Below, piece by piece: positions 37,354 to 50,467 of a stretch of DNA of 64,000 bases (positions are counted from its first letter, which is position 1; the number at the start of each line of letters is the position of its first letter). The translations under genes were made by a program, and so were the position numbers. Source of the stretch: Tubulanus polymorphus (taxonomy: Eukaryota; Animalia; Nemertea); contig NC_134032.1 in assembly GCF_964204645.1 (NCBI RefSeq), positions 10,776,275 through 10,840,274 of the forward strand, given 5' to 3'. Below the pieces are notes generated by a model that did not search any database, was not told where the DNA came from, and saw only the letters and a program-made list of their open reading frames with translations.

Positions 37354-38478
37354 ATGCGACTTTATCTTGTTCGCATGAAATTGTTCACTGTCAATGTTTG
37401 TGCACAGCAAACGATTTGTATAACATACTTATACCTTGTCGATTATCCTGTTGTCTCCTTAGCTCGCGGATGGATCGATGGTGCATTTGAATTTGAATCA
37501 TCAAGTCAGTTCTTTTCTCGTGGAATTATGAATTTGACTCGGACGCAAATTGCTAGACCGTATGCTAGCTACATCGTTCTCATGTCGGTGGAAAACAAGA
37601 CCGGTAGCTACCGCACGCTTTCGTTGGCCATTTTGCCGACGTTGTTCGTGTTAGGCGCCTTCGGAAATTCGGCTACTTTCCTAATAATGATCAGTCGCAG
37701 ATTCCGGAATTTATCTTACGCTAACTATCTGATCGGTTTGTCTCTAAGCGATTGCGTGTACTGCATGAATTTCACGCTGATGCCCGTTTTACAGTTTGTT
37801 CTCTTGCGCGGAACAACTGGTCCTGCACTTTTGATGAATTCGCTGATCAGTTGTCAAATCTATGAATTCATTACCACGCTGGCGGCCTGCAATAGCTCAT
37901 GGTTAATAGTAGCTATATCTCTAGAACGTGCGGCAGTTGTGCTCTTCCCGTTCACATCTCGTTTGATATGTACACCGAGATTTGCCAGACTTGTTACACT
38001 CATAATTACTGCAGTGAACGCACTAGTTCTATATCTTCTGCCAACTTTGTCCATGCATTTTACCGACCAGCTTTCCAGATGTTACTATGAATTATCAAAG
38101 CAAATAACGTATTTCTCCATAATAGTCATATACGCTAACCTTTTACCGTTAATTCTGATTATCGTATCAAATTCTCTAATAATAGTTCAGTTATTCAGAG
38201 GCTCAGATATGGTTTCGTCAGATAAGAAATCTGCGAAGTCAAAACGCACGACTATAATGCTTGTAACAGTTTCACTCGCATTTGCGATATTCACACTTCC
38301 AGACACTATTGCCGTTTACGTACCACTCCCTGACGACCGAAAAACATTTCTCTACGATATTTGTTTTCACCTGCAGATTTGCAATTATGTGGTAAATTTC
38401 TACATATATCTTTTATTGGGACGAGAAATTCGTGAATATTTCAGCGCGCAATTCCGCTGTAGAAAACCGACGAAATAA
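37354..38478 (+). CDS. Intronless class A GPCR, paralog of the 33.7-35.7 kb pseudogenes (true start probably ATG 37528)
   Basis: GAFGN, LSLSD, LERA, FTLP, CNYVVNFYIY; seven hydrophobic segments. Confidence 0.9.
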   Translation: MRLYLVRMKLFTVNVCAQQTICITYLYLVDYPVVSLARGWIDGAFEFESSSQFFSRGIMNLTRTQIARPYASYIVLMSVENKTGSYRTLSLAILPTLFVLGAFGNSATFLIMISRRFRNLSYANYLIGLSLSDCVYCMNFTLMPVLQFVLLRGTTGPALLMNSLISCQIYEFITTLAACNSSWLIVAISLERAAVVLFPFTSRLICTPRFARLVTLIITAVNALVLYLLPTLSMHFTDQLSRCYYELSKQITYFSIIVIYANLLPLILIIVSNSLIIVQLFRGSDMVSSDKKSAKSKRTTIMLVTVSLAFAIFTLPDTIAVYVPLPDDRKTFLYDICFHLQICNYVVNFYIYLLLGREIREYFSAQFRCRKPTK

Positions 38479-39778
38479 AAATCAATTTCAAGTTTGATTT
38501 GCAATCACGTGTCGTGAGAGCAAGTTTATTCCCTCAAATCGAGAAAAGTAATCAATTAACCCTAAATTAATCCGAAGTAGTAGTATAGTAGTATTATCAT
38601 CAGTCTTGGCGCTCTAGTCATTTTATACCTTATCATTTATTCAAGTATATAGTTTTTAATGGGGATTCCTCTAAATTGCAATAAAAAACCAATAAAACAC
38701 GAAGAATCGTTTATTTCAATGATAATTTACAAATCAACATTCTTCAATGTTTGTTATTATTTCCTAATTTACCTTGTCAATAGATCATCCATTCTCACTT
38801 ACATCTTACTCAGCCATCAGGTGCCGGGGGTACATACTCAATAATACTTGTAATCTGACCTTACGATATTTTTGTACTCTGAAAATAAATCAAACGACTT
38901 ATGGGATGAAGGCATCGCTCAGCAAAAAAGAGCAGCGTATGACACCCAATTTCATCATAGATTTGGAATGATGCATCATTACCCATTTAAACTGGGGTAC
39001 ATGGAGGGGGCTCCATGCCAACTTGGAAAGTGGCCTAAAATGCTCGACAACCTGGCAATTTAACAGCTCCAAAGAGCTTATACAGAAAGTGAAGCAATAG
39101 CCATGTTATGAATTCTCGCGCGGAGAAAACCAAAAAAGGGCCAATGTGAATTTTGTTATTGTTCCTCGGCCGCACAGAAAAATGTTTCAGTATGGCCCCA
39201 ATCAGCCACCATACTAGACGCTCTTAACTGACTGACACCTTTCCGGCTCAGTGACGTCAAAGAGTTATTCATGAAATATAGTTAAAAATGTGTTGTTAGT
39301 TTAGGCTACATTTAGTTGATATCTTGTTGGTATATAGGTATTTCACCGCAATATCAGCTGAATTCGGCGTTCGATTCCACTGGAGGCGATATTTTGACTT
39401 TAGATATGTCGAATATAGGATGGCTTCATCGGATTCGACTATTTGTATAACTGCAAAATATGAGCATGAATACACATGACGCGCGGTGCGTATGTATAAG
39501 TATATATTTACTTTTCAGACAGTCCGGTACATCAAAAATAATGTACTAACTTAATATAAAAAACAGCATTAGGGGAACGGATAATGCATCGGAATAATTT
39601 TAGACGCGCGTTTAGATAATCAGTTTTTCAATCTCAAAGATCCGAACTGTTTAGTATCCACAGCAGTTGTTCCTGACGTGTAGGAGAACTCGTACATCGT
39701 CTGGTGTTCAGACTAACCGAACCGCTGATTCGCCGCACTTAATAATTCCTGACGATATTTTCTAATGCAGCGAACAAA

Positions 39779-40861
39779 ATGTCAAAAAACGATTCGAAGT
39801 GCGCCGGCAAACTTCACATATCGAATATGTTCATACAGCGCATCACATTTCTGCCCATATTGATAACGTTCGGTATTTTCTTCAACAGCCTCAGCATCGT
39901 GATCCTGAAACGACAGTCGTCGCAGCACAGATCGATATTTCTGCTCAGAGCTTTGGCGGTCGCCGATATATCCTTTCTCGCTGTTAAATTCTTTCGCGAG
40001 TTCCTGCGTCCGTTGCTGAATGTACTAGTCTACGGGGTTTCGTTTCAACGCGTTATAACTTATCAAATTCACCACAGTTCAAGATTTATCGGGTTTTATT
40101 GGATGTATTTCGCAATGCTTCTCTTCAACCGGACGACGAAATTGACGAGGAACTGGATAACGGTACTGATAGCGACGGAGCGGGTTATAAGCCTCGGTTT
40201 CCCGCTGTTCGCGCAGGCTCACATCACCAAACGACGCTTATTGATATGCGTTTGCTTGCAATACATTTTCTTCGCTTGCTTCGGTCTTCCTTATTTCATG
40301 TACATAAGCCATTCGTTTAACTGGTTAGATCACTGTACGGGAATTACCGTTCCGATACTGGCCCAAAGACATTTGAGTCGCATTGAAAGCCGTATTCTAT
40401 ATTACGTTGAACAGGTTTTAACGACGATTTTTACGAATCTGATACCGATTCTATTGCTTATAGTCCTCAACGCGGTTCTTATAGTTTTGCTGAGACGAAT
40501 CGGTAAAAGCAGACAAAATCTTGGCACCCAAGATTCAAAGTTCAGCAATCTCGATCGGAAAGCTACTAAAATGACGCTCGCTATTGTCATTTTATTCATA
40601 CTTTTAGAGTTCGCCACTTCCCTTTATACTTACATGCTGATGCTTTTCGAATTAGGCATGAAAAAGCCGAGTGTCGACGTTATATATCTGATCGCGCGTA
40701 TATCAACGATAGGGTCCGACGTGTTGACTCCGTTAGATTCGAGCGTCAATTATTTCGTATATTGCGGGACTAACGACAGATTCCGGGCCGAAGCGATAAA
40801 AATATTCAAAGGTTTTGGAAGTAAGTGTCGCTGTTCAAGGCGAGTACAGAAAGCGCTGTGA
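39779..40861 (+). CDS. Intronless class A GPCR, FMRFamide/Srw-like orphan peptide receptor
   Basis: FFNS, LAVAD, TERV, DSSVNYFVY; 360 aa with seven hydrophobic segments. Confidence 0.9.
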   Translation: MSKNDSKCAGKLHISNMFIQRITFLPILITFGIFFNSLSIVILKRQSSQHRSIFLLRALAVADISFLAVKFFREFLRPLLNVLVYGVSFQRVITYQIHHSSRFIGFYWMYFAMLLFNRTTKLTRNWITVLIATERVISLGFPLFAQAHITKRRLLICVCLQYIFFACFGLPYFMYISHSFNWLDHCTGITVPILAQRHLSRIESRILYYVEQVLTTIFTNLIPILLLIVLNAVLIVLLRRIGKSRQNLGTQDSKFSNLDRKATKMTLAIVILFILLEFATSLYTYMLMLFELGMKKPSVDVIYLIARISTIGSDVLTPLDSSVNYFVYCGTNDRFRAEAIKIFKGFGSKCRCSRRVQKAL

Positions 40862-40897
40862 TCAGAGCCACGATATAAATGGTGTTTACCCGTTTTA

Positions 40898-41117
40898 GGC
40901 TAAACAAAAATGATACCTTGTTTCTCCGCAGCGGCCGGGTCATTTTTGTAAAATATGATAAAATTCATAAACAGTTCATTTCCATAGCGGCCGGGTCTGT
41001 TATGGTGAAATTGATCACGATTTAAAAAAAAGTAATGTACAGGGTAGATAGGCGGCCGGCCGGGTCAACATTTAAGCTCAGCAGAGCGGAGAAACAAGGT
41101 ATCAATTTTTTTTGGCC
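40898..41117. mobile_element. PIF/Harbinger (Tourist-like) MITE, TTA TSD
   Basis: ~32-bp TIR ggc(t/c)aaa..tgataccttgtttctccgc; empty paralogous site gttttaacaaaa near 43214; related fragment at 16380-16455. Confidence 0.9.
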
Positions 41118-41907
41118 TTAACAAAACTCTTTCCGTCGATGACCTATCGAAAATATGTCCGATACGTATGCAAAAAACACGTTGTTTCATTTTGTTATAG
41201 CTAGCGTTTCTATCTGATTTTGTTCGTCAAGTTTTTACGTCAATATTCTCCTTCCAGTCAGTCAGGGTGATAAGGAACCGAAATTTGGGTGGAATTACTT
41301 TAAAGTATGATCATAATTTGAAAAGTTTATTGATATGAAATTTAAAAGTTGGAAATGGACCGCCGTGCATGTTTGAATCGATAGGAGTGAAAGATCGAAC
41401 CAATGTATAAATGAACTTAAACTCACCTGAATCCGTAGCGGGATGAGAAAATTCACAAGCAACAGACTCACGAAATTATTATATACAGACCCATCATAAT
41501 ACATGTATGTTCGATTATTAAAATCGCCCCATTATCCTTTTACATTTTTCTTCGTTTAATCATATTTATTATATCGTCCAATAATGTAACATCTTCATGA
41601 AAATAAATTTCAATTTCAATTTCATAAAATCGCTATTGACTTCGTCTCAAGTACAAATCAATATAGTACGTGCAGTGTATTAGGAAAATGAATAATAGTA
41701 TTCAGTTAAAGTAAAAGTCTAAAAGCACCTACATAGTATTTAAAACAACGGTTGAACCCAATCATCACTGAATCATTAACACTAAATTAAATAGAATTAA
41801 CCCTTACTAGAATTATGATTATTTTAACTCGAAACAAGTATTGGGTTGCCAATTTTATGATTCGTTGTTCTAATATCAGAACATCATTAGTTCCTGGTAA
41901 ACACCAG

Positions 41908-42045
41908 GGGCCAGTTGCACAGTCGTGACTTAAGTCCAAAAGGGGTCTTAAAACTTAAGACTGGTCTTAAGTTGTTAGATCGGCTATAGAACTAAGTTGG
42001 TCTTAGACTGGTCTTTAGTCTAAGCCACGACTATGCAACCGGCCC
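41908..42045. mobile_element. Harbinger/Tourist-like MITE with CAG TSD
   Basis: cag|gggccagttgca...tgcaaccggccc|cag. Confidence 0.85.
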
Positions 42046-42867
42046 CAGGATCAATTATTGCTTTCTCAGGAAACGGGTTGAAATAGATAAGTTATTCTTG
42101 GAAAAGGCAAGTTAAACGGGTTGCCACAATAAGAATTAGGCTTTATAAGCTCGCGTGACGTGGCAGTTTTGCGAGTGGTTTATATAAGGAGGGTCCCCGA
42201 ACTCGAGAGAGACACGGAGAGACACCGGAAGACACCTGCAGACGAGACTGCAGAGAGAACAGCAAAGCGTATTCAGACGGTAGCGCTGTAGGCACGTGTT
42301 ACCGTCGCGAGAATCTCGTGCTTTTTCATATTTGTTCATGCCCAAAATGGAAAAGCGCACATCTTTACAAGACGAGGTAGATAATCTTAAACAAAAGCAC
42401 ATAGTTCAAGATTTGTCTTTATTGCCTGGAAACTACATCTCAATGCAGTTAATTTGCGTCAGGACATTAATTGCAGCAAAAAGCAGATTTTCAGTATTTC
42501 AGAATGCCCTTTTTATTTCAAAATGCCCTTCTTATTAGTTGTGCTACCCTCGACAGTAATTTCTGGATCCGCTCCTGAGAGCGAACATACTCCTAAGAAT
42601 AAAGCATATTGTATCACTGGAGAAGATTCTTCTCACTTTCATTTCTAGCAAGTGTGATCATTTTTCTAGCCACATCTCTCAAAATTGTATCGATGAACGT
42701 TCATTGTTAAGATAGAAAACAGCTGCTATTTGAGACCTTATATAGATACATCTAACAGTCAAGTATTAGCGATCAATATGGCGACTGGCTCCAAGAATTT
42801 GATATCACTTAATAGTTAAGGCGCACGAACGTGCAGTTTAAAGGAGATCAAATGTGGCAAGGGAGTA

Positions 42868-43510
42868 ATACATTAAATAGCGGATATGGACAGTTTAACC
42901 TCACCTACTGTGGAATGTGAGTAAACGTTTCCAGCGTCTTCTTATGCTCATAAAATGTCAAATGTGCATTATGAAAACACAGTTTAGAATCATTGTCGTT
43001 TTGTCAACGCGGTACTTTATTGAAAATTAAGGCGCAGTTTTCCGAGAGGGCACCAACAACGCCGGCAATTCTTAGATTGCAGAAAGGTATCTATCAGCTA
43101 TTGACTGTTTTCCAGCCTCTGAAGCGATAAAGATATTCAAAAGTTTTGGAAGTAAGTGTCGCTGTTCAAGACGACAGAAAGCATTGTGATCAGAGCCACA
43201 AATGGTGTTTACCAGTTTTAACAAAACCCATTCTGTCGATGGCGTATCGGAAATATGAACGATACAAATCCAATAAAACATTTCCGCGTTACTTCATTTT
43301 GTTGCGTTATAGCTAACGTTTCTATCTGATTTTGTTCGTCAAGTTTTTACGTCATCGTTTTAGTAGTCAGTCAGGGTGATAAGGAACCAACATTCGGATG
43401 GAACTACGAAATATACAGACCCATCATAATACATGTATGTTCGATTACTAAAATCGCTATTGACTTCGTCTCAAGTACATATTGTATGAATCATATCAAT
43501 ATAGTACGTA
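42868..43510 (+). repeat. Deleted duplicate of the 36.75-41.7 kb GPCR cassette
   Basis: 42868-43055 resembles 36752-36945; 43120-43510 resembles 40790-41670, including the last codons of GPCR 39779-40861. Confidence 0.85.
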
Positions 43511-44140
43511 TTTGTACAGTGATTACTCCAAATTACTTAAAAAAACAGCTGTTCGGCTAGTACTTCAGAACGACTGAATCATTTTGATGATAAGTTTGGA
43601 AAAAGTGAAGGCTACGTGTATAATCAATTGTGTTCAATCAACCGAGATGAGAGAGTCCAAGATGCTTAATATCTATACTCGCTGCTCTTCAAAACTAATA
43701 ACATATTATAAGTGTTCCTTATGACAATTGATAGTAACTTCAGTCAGCTGTGGTCGGCGCTATTTATTTTCAGCATCTATTCGCATTTTGGCTCCGAAAC
43801 GATTGCACTGCTCGATAGACACAACAACGACGGCGCAGATACACTGTGACACCGGCGAAAGGTATCTACGTAATTGCTTGATTTTTTTGGTAATCAGCGC
43901 ACGAGAATGTAAGTAAAAATGAACGCCATTCTCAATCTTACGGTAAACTGTGATCGTACAGAACGAACAATTCCGTTTTTTACACATATTCCGCAGAACA
44001 TTTTTCGGGTAATCCTTTTCAAAAATTTGTTGGTATCAAACTATATATTAGTTTGCTTCCTATAGTTTTCGCTACCTGTTCTATCAACTTACTATAGTTT
44101 TTTTGGTCGTGATAACTAATACGCATTTCCCTCATTACAG

Positions 44141-46148
44141 ATGTTTTTCCTAATGATCGGAGCCACCCTACTGGTGTCGCCGTATGCGACGCCGTGTTCG
44201 ATGTCGCCGAATAACGTCGGTAAGTTTCTCAGTTCTGAGATAGTGTAACACGCCCGATTGAATTTTCAGACGCCGTAAAAACCGTTACAATAATGTTCAT
44301 ATACGTTGTTAACTGTGCATGCGTTATTTAAGGAGTTCTGTGTGAGTCGATGTGCACAACGTCATCGATATTGGCGTTTCGAAATAACACGATAGAATTG
44401 TGGCATTTATTTTGTAATCGAATATATTTCATGACTCGATGAATTTCCACGTCTTTTTGATTACCAATTCTTTGAGTGCATGCGCACTACGTCATCAATA
44501 TATCGGGGCTCGACTGGTTGCCGGTCAATTCAATTCAATTATTGATTCATTCAAAATTCAAAGTAATTCTAAGTAATTTTGGTGATCCTTGATATCATAT
44601 CATTAGTATACAATTCGTTGTTGACAATTTTAGGCAATACATGTGTCGTTTTTCTTCATGGCGTTAAGAAAACTTTAAGTTCGTTTTCTTGTTAGTAACA
44701 CAGTTTCAATTCATCAGAAAGCTTATCATTTAAATGCATTTTATGCAACTGACCACTGTGTCTTTGTGTCACCTTCATAGCTACAAAAATATTGCATTCA
44801 TCGTTATCTTATCATTTAGAAGTAACGATAACTGAACCAGCGACTACTACTGAAGTAACTACAACGACCGAAACGCCTGCGCCAACCAACTGTGGTAAGT
44901 GGAATTAGTATCTTATGGTCGCGATCACACGGCCATTTTTACACGTGCCTAACTTAAGCTACGACCAGAGCAACTGGTTCCGGAAGCATTGAGTGAGTGG
45001 TTTACGTGTGAGCGCACTCTCTAATTAGGCGCGGGCCAAATTTGACTCGGACCTGATCCGTGCCAATTTGGCCCGAGCCGAATCGTCTCCGTGTGATTGC
45101 GGCTTATGTAGGACGATACGCTGAGAATTGGATGCATTTTCGATCATTGTTTTCACGAATAAATTTTCGATCGTAGAGTGCAGTTGCGAAAGCGGTTGGA
45201 CAAAGGCTGGAGAAAAGAAGTGCTTCAAGGTTTCTAAAGTCTCTAGTCGGTTCGATAGGCGCATACTCTGTCCTGGCAGTTCACCAGCTGCAATCGAGAG
45301 CGCAGTTGAAAACGAAGTAGCCAGAAGTAAGTAGTAAAAAATCTATCATATAAAATAAATGAGAAGAAAAGAGATTCATATTTTCAATTTTGATTTCATC
45401 TTCGTATTCTCTCGTATAGGACTTCTTATACCCCTACCGGGAAAGTATCCTAACTATCCTAAAGTGTTCCTTAATTTCACCAGACCGTTCAACAAATTGG
45501 TGAGTCTTTTTGTCTTCGAGTTATATTTTCTATGATACAAATCTTTAAGGCTAAATATCATATAACTCGCAAACATGAAATATAAAAAGAACGTGAAGGG
45601 TGAAACCTGGTGACTTACATGCATTCAAAGGCAAAGGGGCTTTCAGACAAGGATTACAGAAGATCTCCGAAATAATTTTTTTTTTGGGGGGAGGGTCATT
45701 AAATTGCTTTAAACATTTACAAAGATATAAACTCATATCGAGATAACATTAAGTTTACGTTTTATTATTCTCCTGACTTGAGCCAAGTAAAGTGAGGCCT
45801 GAATATGATTTCACCTCATCTTTCTGTAAATAAAGAAAGTCAAAAAATGTTTTGTTAATTTGTAATCATTACCTGCTGAATGCGCAGTAATTTATGGCGC
45901 CGAGAGTAGCTGCCTCACTGGTCAGAGCGATAAACAAAGCTTGGTGACCGATGGGTTTTGATGAAATATTAGATCTATTAAATGTGAAAAAAAAAACATT
46001 GCAGAAATACAAGAACTGGCGCCGCGGAGAACCTAACAACGCTCGCGGAGATGAAAATTGCGTGGTACTCCATCGCAAGGGTGGTGGATGGAACGATATG
46101 CCGTGTGATTGGCGACGCCGTGCAATCTGCTCGAAGCCGTGCCTATAG
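44141..46148 (+). CDS. Secreted C-type lectin with Thr-rich stalk; exons 44141-44219, 44820-44894, 45177-45326, 45420-45499, 46005-46148 (about 175 aa)
   Basis: Signal-like N-terminus, TTTE stalk, CxxGW..KCF, W..GEPNN..ENC..WND.PC..IC; phases consistent. Confidence 0.8.
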
Positions 46149-49100
46149 AGATGCGGCACTAATTACAACTTCTCTAAAGATATAGCAATATAAAAGTGAC
46201 CCATACGCGGCTAATTCGAAACGCCTTACAAAAAGAAACTATACAAACAAAAGATATCGTGGACGTGTTTAAAGCCGCGGCCCGGTTCCATCACAGTCCT
46301 CGATTGAATCATCCTTCCCCCGGTAGGGATTCACACCTGATGGTATCGAGATTCCACGGTAGATTTCGTGCCGTGGCTCAGTGTAGCGATGCCACCAGGT
46401 TTGAATCCCCAACGAAGGAGGATGCGATTGAATTTGACACTTCCTATTTCATTTAGAGTATTGATCTTTTATCATTAGATTTAATAGTTCGTTTTCGATA
46501 CTCTAAACTCTAAAAAAGTCAAGTATCACGACTCACAACTGCGGATTACTGGTTTCCAATTACCAAGAAATCACGACAAAACCGACCTGCTTCGACTTCT
46601 AATTTTTCGAAATGACTTTGATGTGAGTCTGTCATTCCAAACATTGTTGAGTCTCGTTACTACACATTTAAGGCCACCGCACACGGCCCCGAAAAAACGT
46701 TTTTTTCATGTTTTTTCTTTCCTATGCCGTGTGCGGGGAGTCAAAACGCAAAACGCCGAACATTATTCCCTGACCTTGACCTAACCTTGCTGGTTATCGA
46801 AACCGACTATATATTGAAATATACAATAATCTTGACCCGCGAGTTTCATTTAGCCGATATATTGGGTTTTATCTTCCCTGATTTAATGCTTATAATATGC
46901 AGTAACTGGATAACATATTATAGGAACTGAATAAATCTATACCCGCACTACGAGCTTCCTGCTGCACATAGGTCGTTCGTACATTTGATTTTTCTAACAC
47001 TGGCAGAAAGGTCAATAAGATATACAATATCCGTCTAAGTCGAACGAGATAAATCCTACAATACTTCGAGCGAAGATGTAAAAACAGTCTGGTTTAAAAG
47101 CAACGCCGCAGTCCGATCGTTAGCCAAATCATTAAGATAGAACAAGTTCTATTTCCTACGATCAGATCGTCGTAGCCAATCAGCGACGAGTTTTGCATCA
47201 CATGACTTTAAGACTCGGAGACGATTGAGTCGTAGTCGACCTGAAAGATCGTGAGACAAACGAATCAGCAATCAGTGGTCACGTGTTTACTACCGCTGTT
47301 CATACGACCATTTAGTCGCGGGTCGTTAGTCAACCTGAGCTTAGCTTTTAATTGACTATATATATATTTTCTTCACTGCCTTCCTCAGCAAGTTTTCCGA
47401 AAATGGATTTCTTAATTGTTACTTGATAATTATTATCACCAGCCTGATCCAGACCGGAACAAGGTAAATTCAGATAATTTCATCATTCTTCTTAAAAATG
47501 ATGAATTCAATCATAATTATTTGTACATATCCCCCTTAAAAGCCTTTTTAGGATATGTGAAAAAGATTGTGATTATTATTTTAATATCTACAAATTGTCA
47601 ACACTAAACATGGTCCAAGTTACTTCTAAAGACCTTGTAATTGTTATTTTGCCGGCTGTACTGTTCACTGGTGTCGCTTGTACCTGGCAAATAGCCGACC
47701 TTGGAGGGATAACTGAAGGTCAACCCACTTGAGCGGCGATCCTTTGTCGTCTGGATGGAATTTTAAATAAGCTAACATTGTAGAACACGTCAATCAAAAT
47801 TACCAGCAGGCACTTCTATCATCTGCTGAGTGGTTTACTGTTCAAATTGTCGTTCTACAGTCATTTTACAGCCGATTTGATTTCATTAACTCTTCATTTT
47901 CAATAGCATGGCGCAGCTGTGTCGTGGTCAACACAGTATCCAAAGAAGAAAAAGAACAAGGCTGTGTAGAGAACCCGTTATCGCTGCTTTGCAGCTATAT
48001 TTAGGAATTGACATTCGGCCGAACTAATAACATTTACCCTAGCGTCCATCCTATCTAACCAGAATGGTAGACCTGGGCCTTGTGTAACAATAAAGGGGAA
48101 CCACTGAACTTGTTACTCCAGCATCGTCCAAATCAATGCATTTCAAATTAACTTTCAAACTAGATTCTTTGGCTTCCGAATCCAAAGGTTATCGGTTTGG
48201 ATGCGGAAGGTTGATCCAAAGGTAGATTGATTCGCTTCTAAAAGAAATATGCAGGAGAAGTATGAATATGCATATATAAAGGGCGAATTCAGGGAATTAT
48301 TCTTAAGAACTTGTCACATCCCAAAAGGGAACTTTGATGTCCAGTATTAGGCAATATAAAAATGCACCCAATTTCGTTGTTAACAAAATGAAAAAGGGCA
48401 CTCAAAAATTGATGTAAGTCTCTCGAGTTCCCAATGGAGCCGCCCTTAGAGGTACTGGACATAGAAGACCGAACAACAAAGAAAGAAACATGTCGATCCA
48501 AACGGAATCTTCGATTGCCGCATTAACACATATCAACTCGTGCTTCGATGCACGTACGAAGGTGTTTCACGGATAGAAAATTGATTTTTACCAAACGCAT
48601 ATTACATTACACTAGAATAAGCAAAAAGAACCAATATCGTTACCGTCCAGTGGGCACACAACTACCGGTTTTTAATTTCAAATTGAAACCGCCATCAACC
48701 CAAGCCCTCCGAACCAAAGAAAATCACCCATCCTAAAAGAAATGAATACTTTCAGCGAGCAGAAAATCGATTTCTTCTTTTTTATAAGTGATTTTTTAAA
48801 TTTGTAAAAGAATGGTTTATATATGAATTATGTATAGTTCGTATTTAATGCATAGGCCATACACAGGTGAGACACAACCCATAAACAAGAAACAGAAACA
48901 ATTTTCTAGCTTTCTGTGTGCGATGCTCCGAAACACGAAAAGTCGAAACAATCCAAATACGCGTTCCGTAAATTAGGCATCCTCCTCCGACAGGGATTCG
49001 AACCTGATGGCATCGAGATTGCCACAGTACGAAACCCTGCTACACTAGACCGAGTGCGCAGCTACATGCACAACTTAAATGGTGTCATTGTTAGCTAATC

Positions 49101-50467
49101 AGAAATCCATTTTATTTTAGCCCGGGTTTTCCCGTTTATAGTTCTTCCGTGAAATTTGCCTCTGCGATTATACAACGAGCGATCTGATTGGTGCCGCTAG
49201 TTTTCGTGCGGCAAAGCTGCGCATGTACCTGCGCATCCGGTCTACTGTGACAGGGGTTTGGTGTTCGGATGCCGTCAGGTTCGAAACCCTGCCCAGGGAG
49301 GATATAAATTGGGGTAACTTGAGACACTTATTGGTGATTTTTTAAATGCAGCCCGGGGACTACCTACAATCCACCCAAATGGTAATGAATTGATCAACAA
49401 TCTTCAGTTCTAGGCTCGACGAAAAATATCTCTATTGATTTTCTAAATCCATTTAAAAAGAAACAAGGTAAACCCGAGGTGAGGGATAACTTAAGACATA
49501 CAAAAAATAACACAGAATTTGAGTAAAATGAACATTTAAGTTGTTCTTAACTCCTTTGGTTAAGAGTCTGGCAAAAAGGCCGACTCCTGTATATATGAAG
49601 TAACCTCAGTGAAGATGTTAGTCGGGGTGACTTGAGACACTGGTTTGGATGAACATCCCACCTTAATTTCATCTTTATAGAATAAGAATAAAAGATCAAA
49701 ACCTGGGGGTACAGAGTGCACAAAAGCTTTGTCGCTGCGTACAGAGAAATGAGTTAAGTGACCCGAATACATTTTTCTGGATGTTTGTTTCGTAAGTTAT
49801 GCAAGTTATGTAAAGCCTTACTTTCAAGATTAACACACTCCAGCTCATTGTGATCTTGTACTAACACTTTTACTCACAAATTTAATTTATACTATATGAA
49901 AACGAATCCATTCTATTCATTAAACTTATAGAGAAAATGAAACTAAAGAACGACACACCAATCACTATCAGCCATATCATCTCAAAGTCACCCCAATTTA
50001 CGGTTTCTGTTTTAGGTTTTGGGTGAACATCATGCTGTGAAGTTAGAGAAAGAGGTTTGTGGGCGTTGAGAAATTTTCATCAAAAAAGAATATTTGAAAT
50101 ATATACATTAAAAAAAATTCATATATAAATTATAGATTTTGCGCCGGGAGAAATTGAGTACCACTCACCCCATTTTTAATCTAAACTAATTCAAAAACAC
50201 CCGGCAGCTATTCTTTCTGTATAAATAACGCCACATTTCCCGGTCTGGACATCAACAATTGTTTCAGTTACCAACGCTGTATTCGTGCTGTTCTTTCAAG
50301 GTAAGTTGCATAAACATAATCAAAATTTCGTGCTTCTTGTTTGAAAACGCAACTAATTTACGTCTGAAAAGTCACAGTCGGGCGGTTGAGGTGTTCACGC
50401 CATTTTCTTCTGATAGGTATTTTATTCATTTTATTTCTATTAATTTCTATTTCACGTTCAGCTGAAA

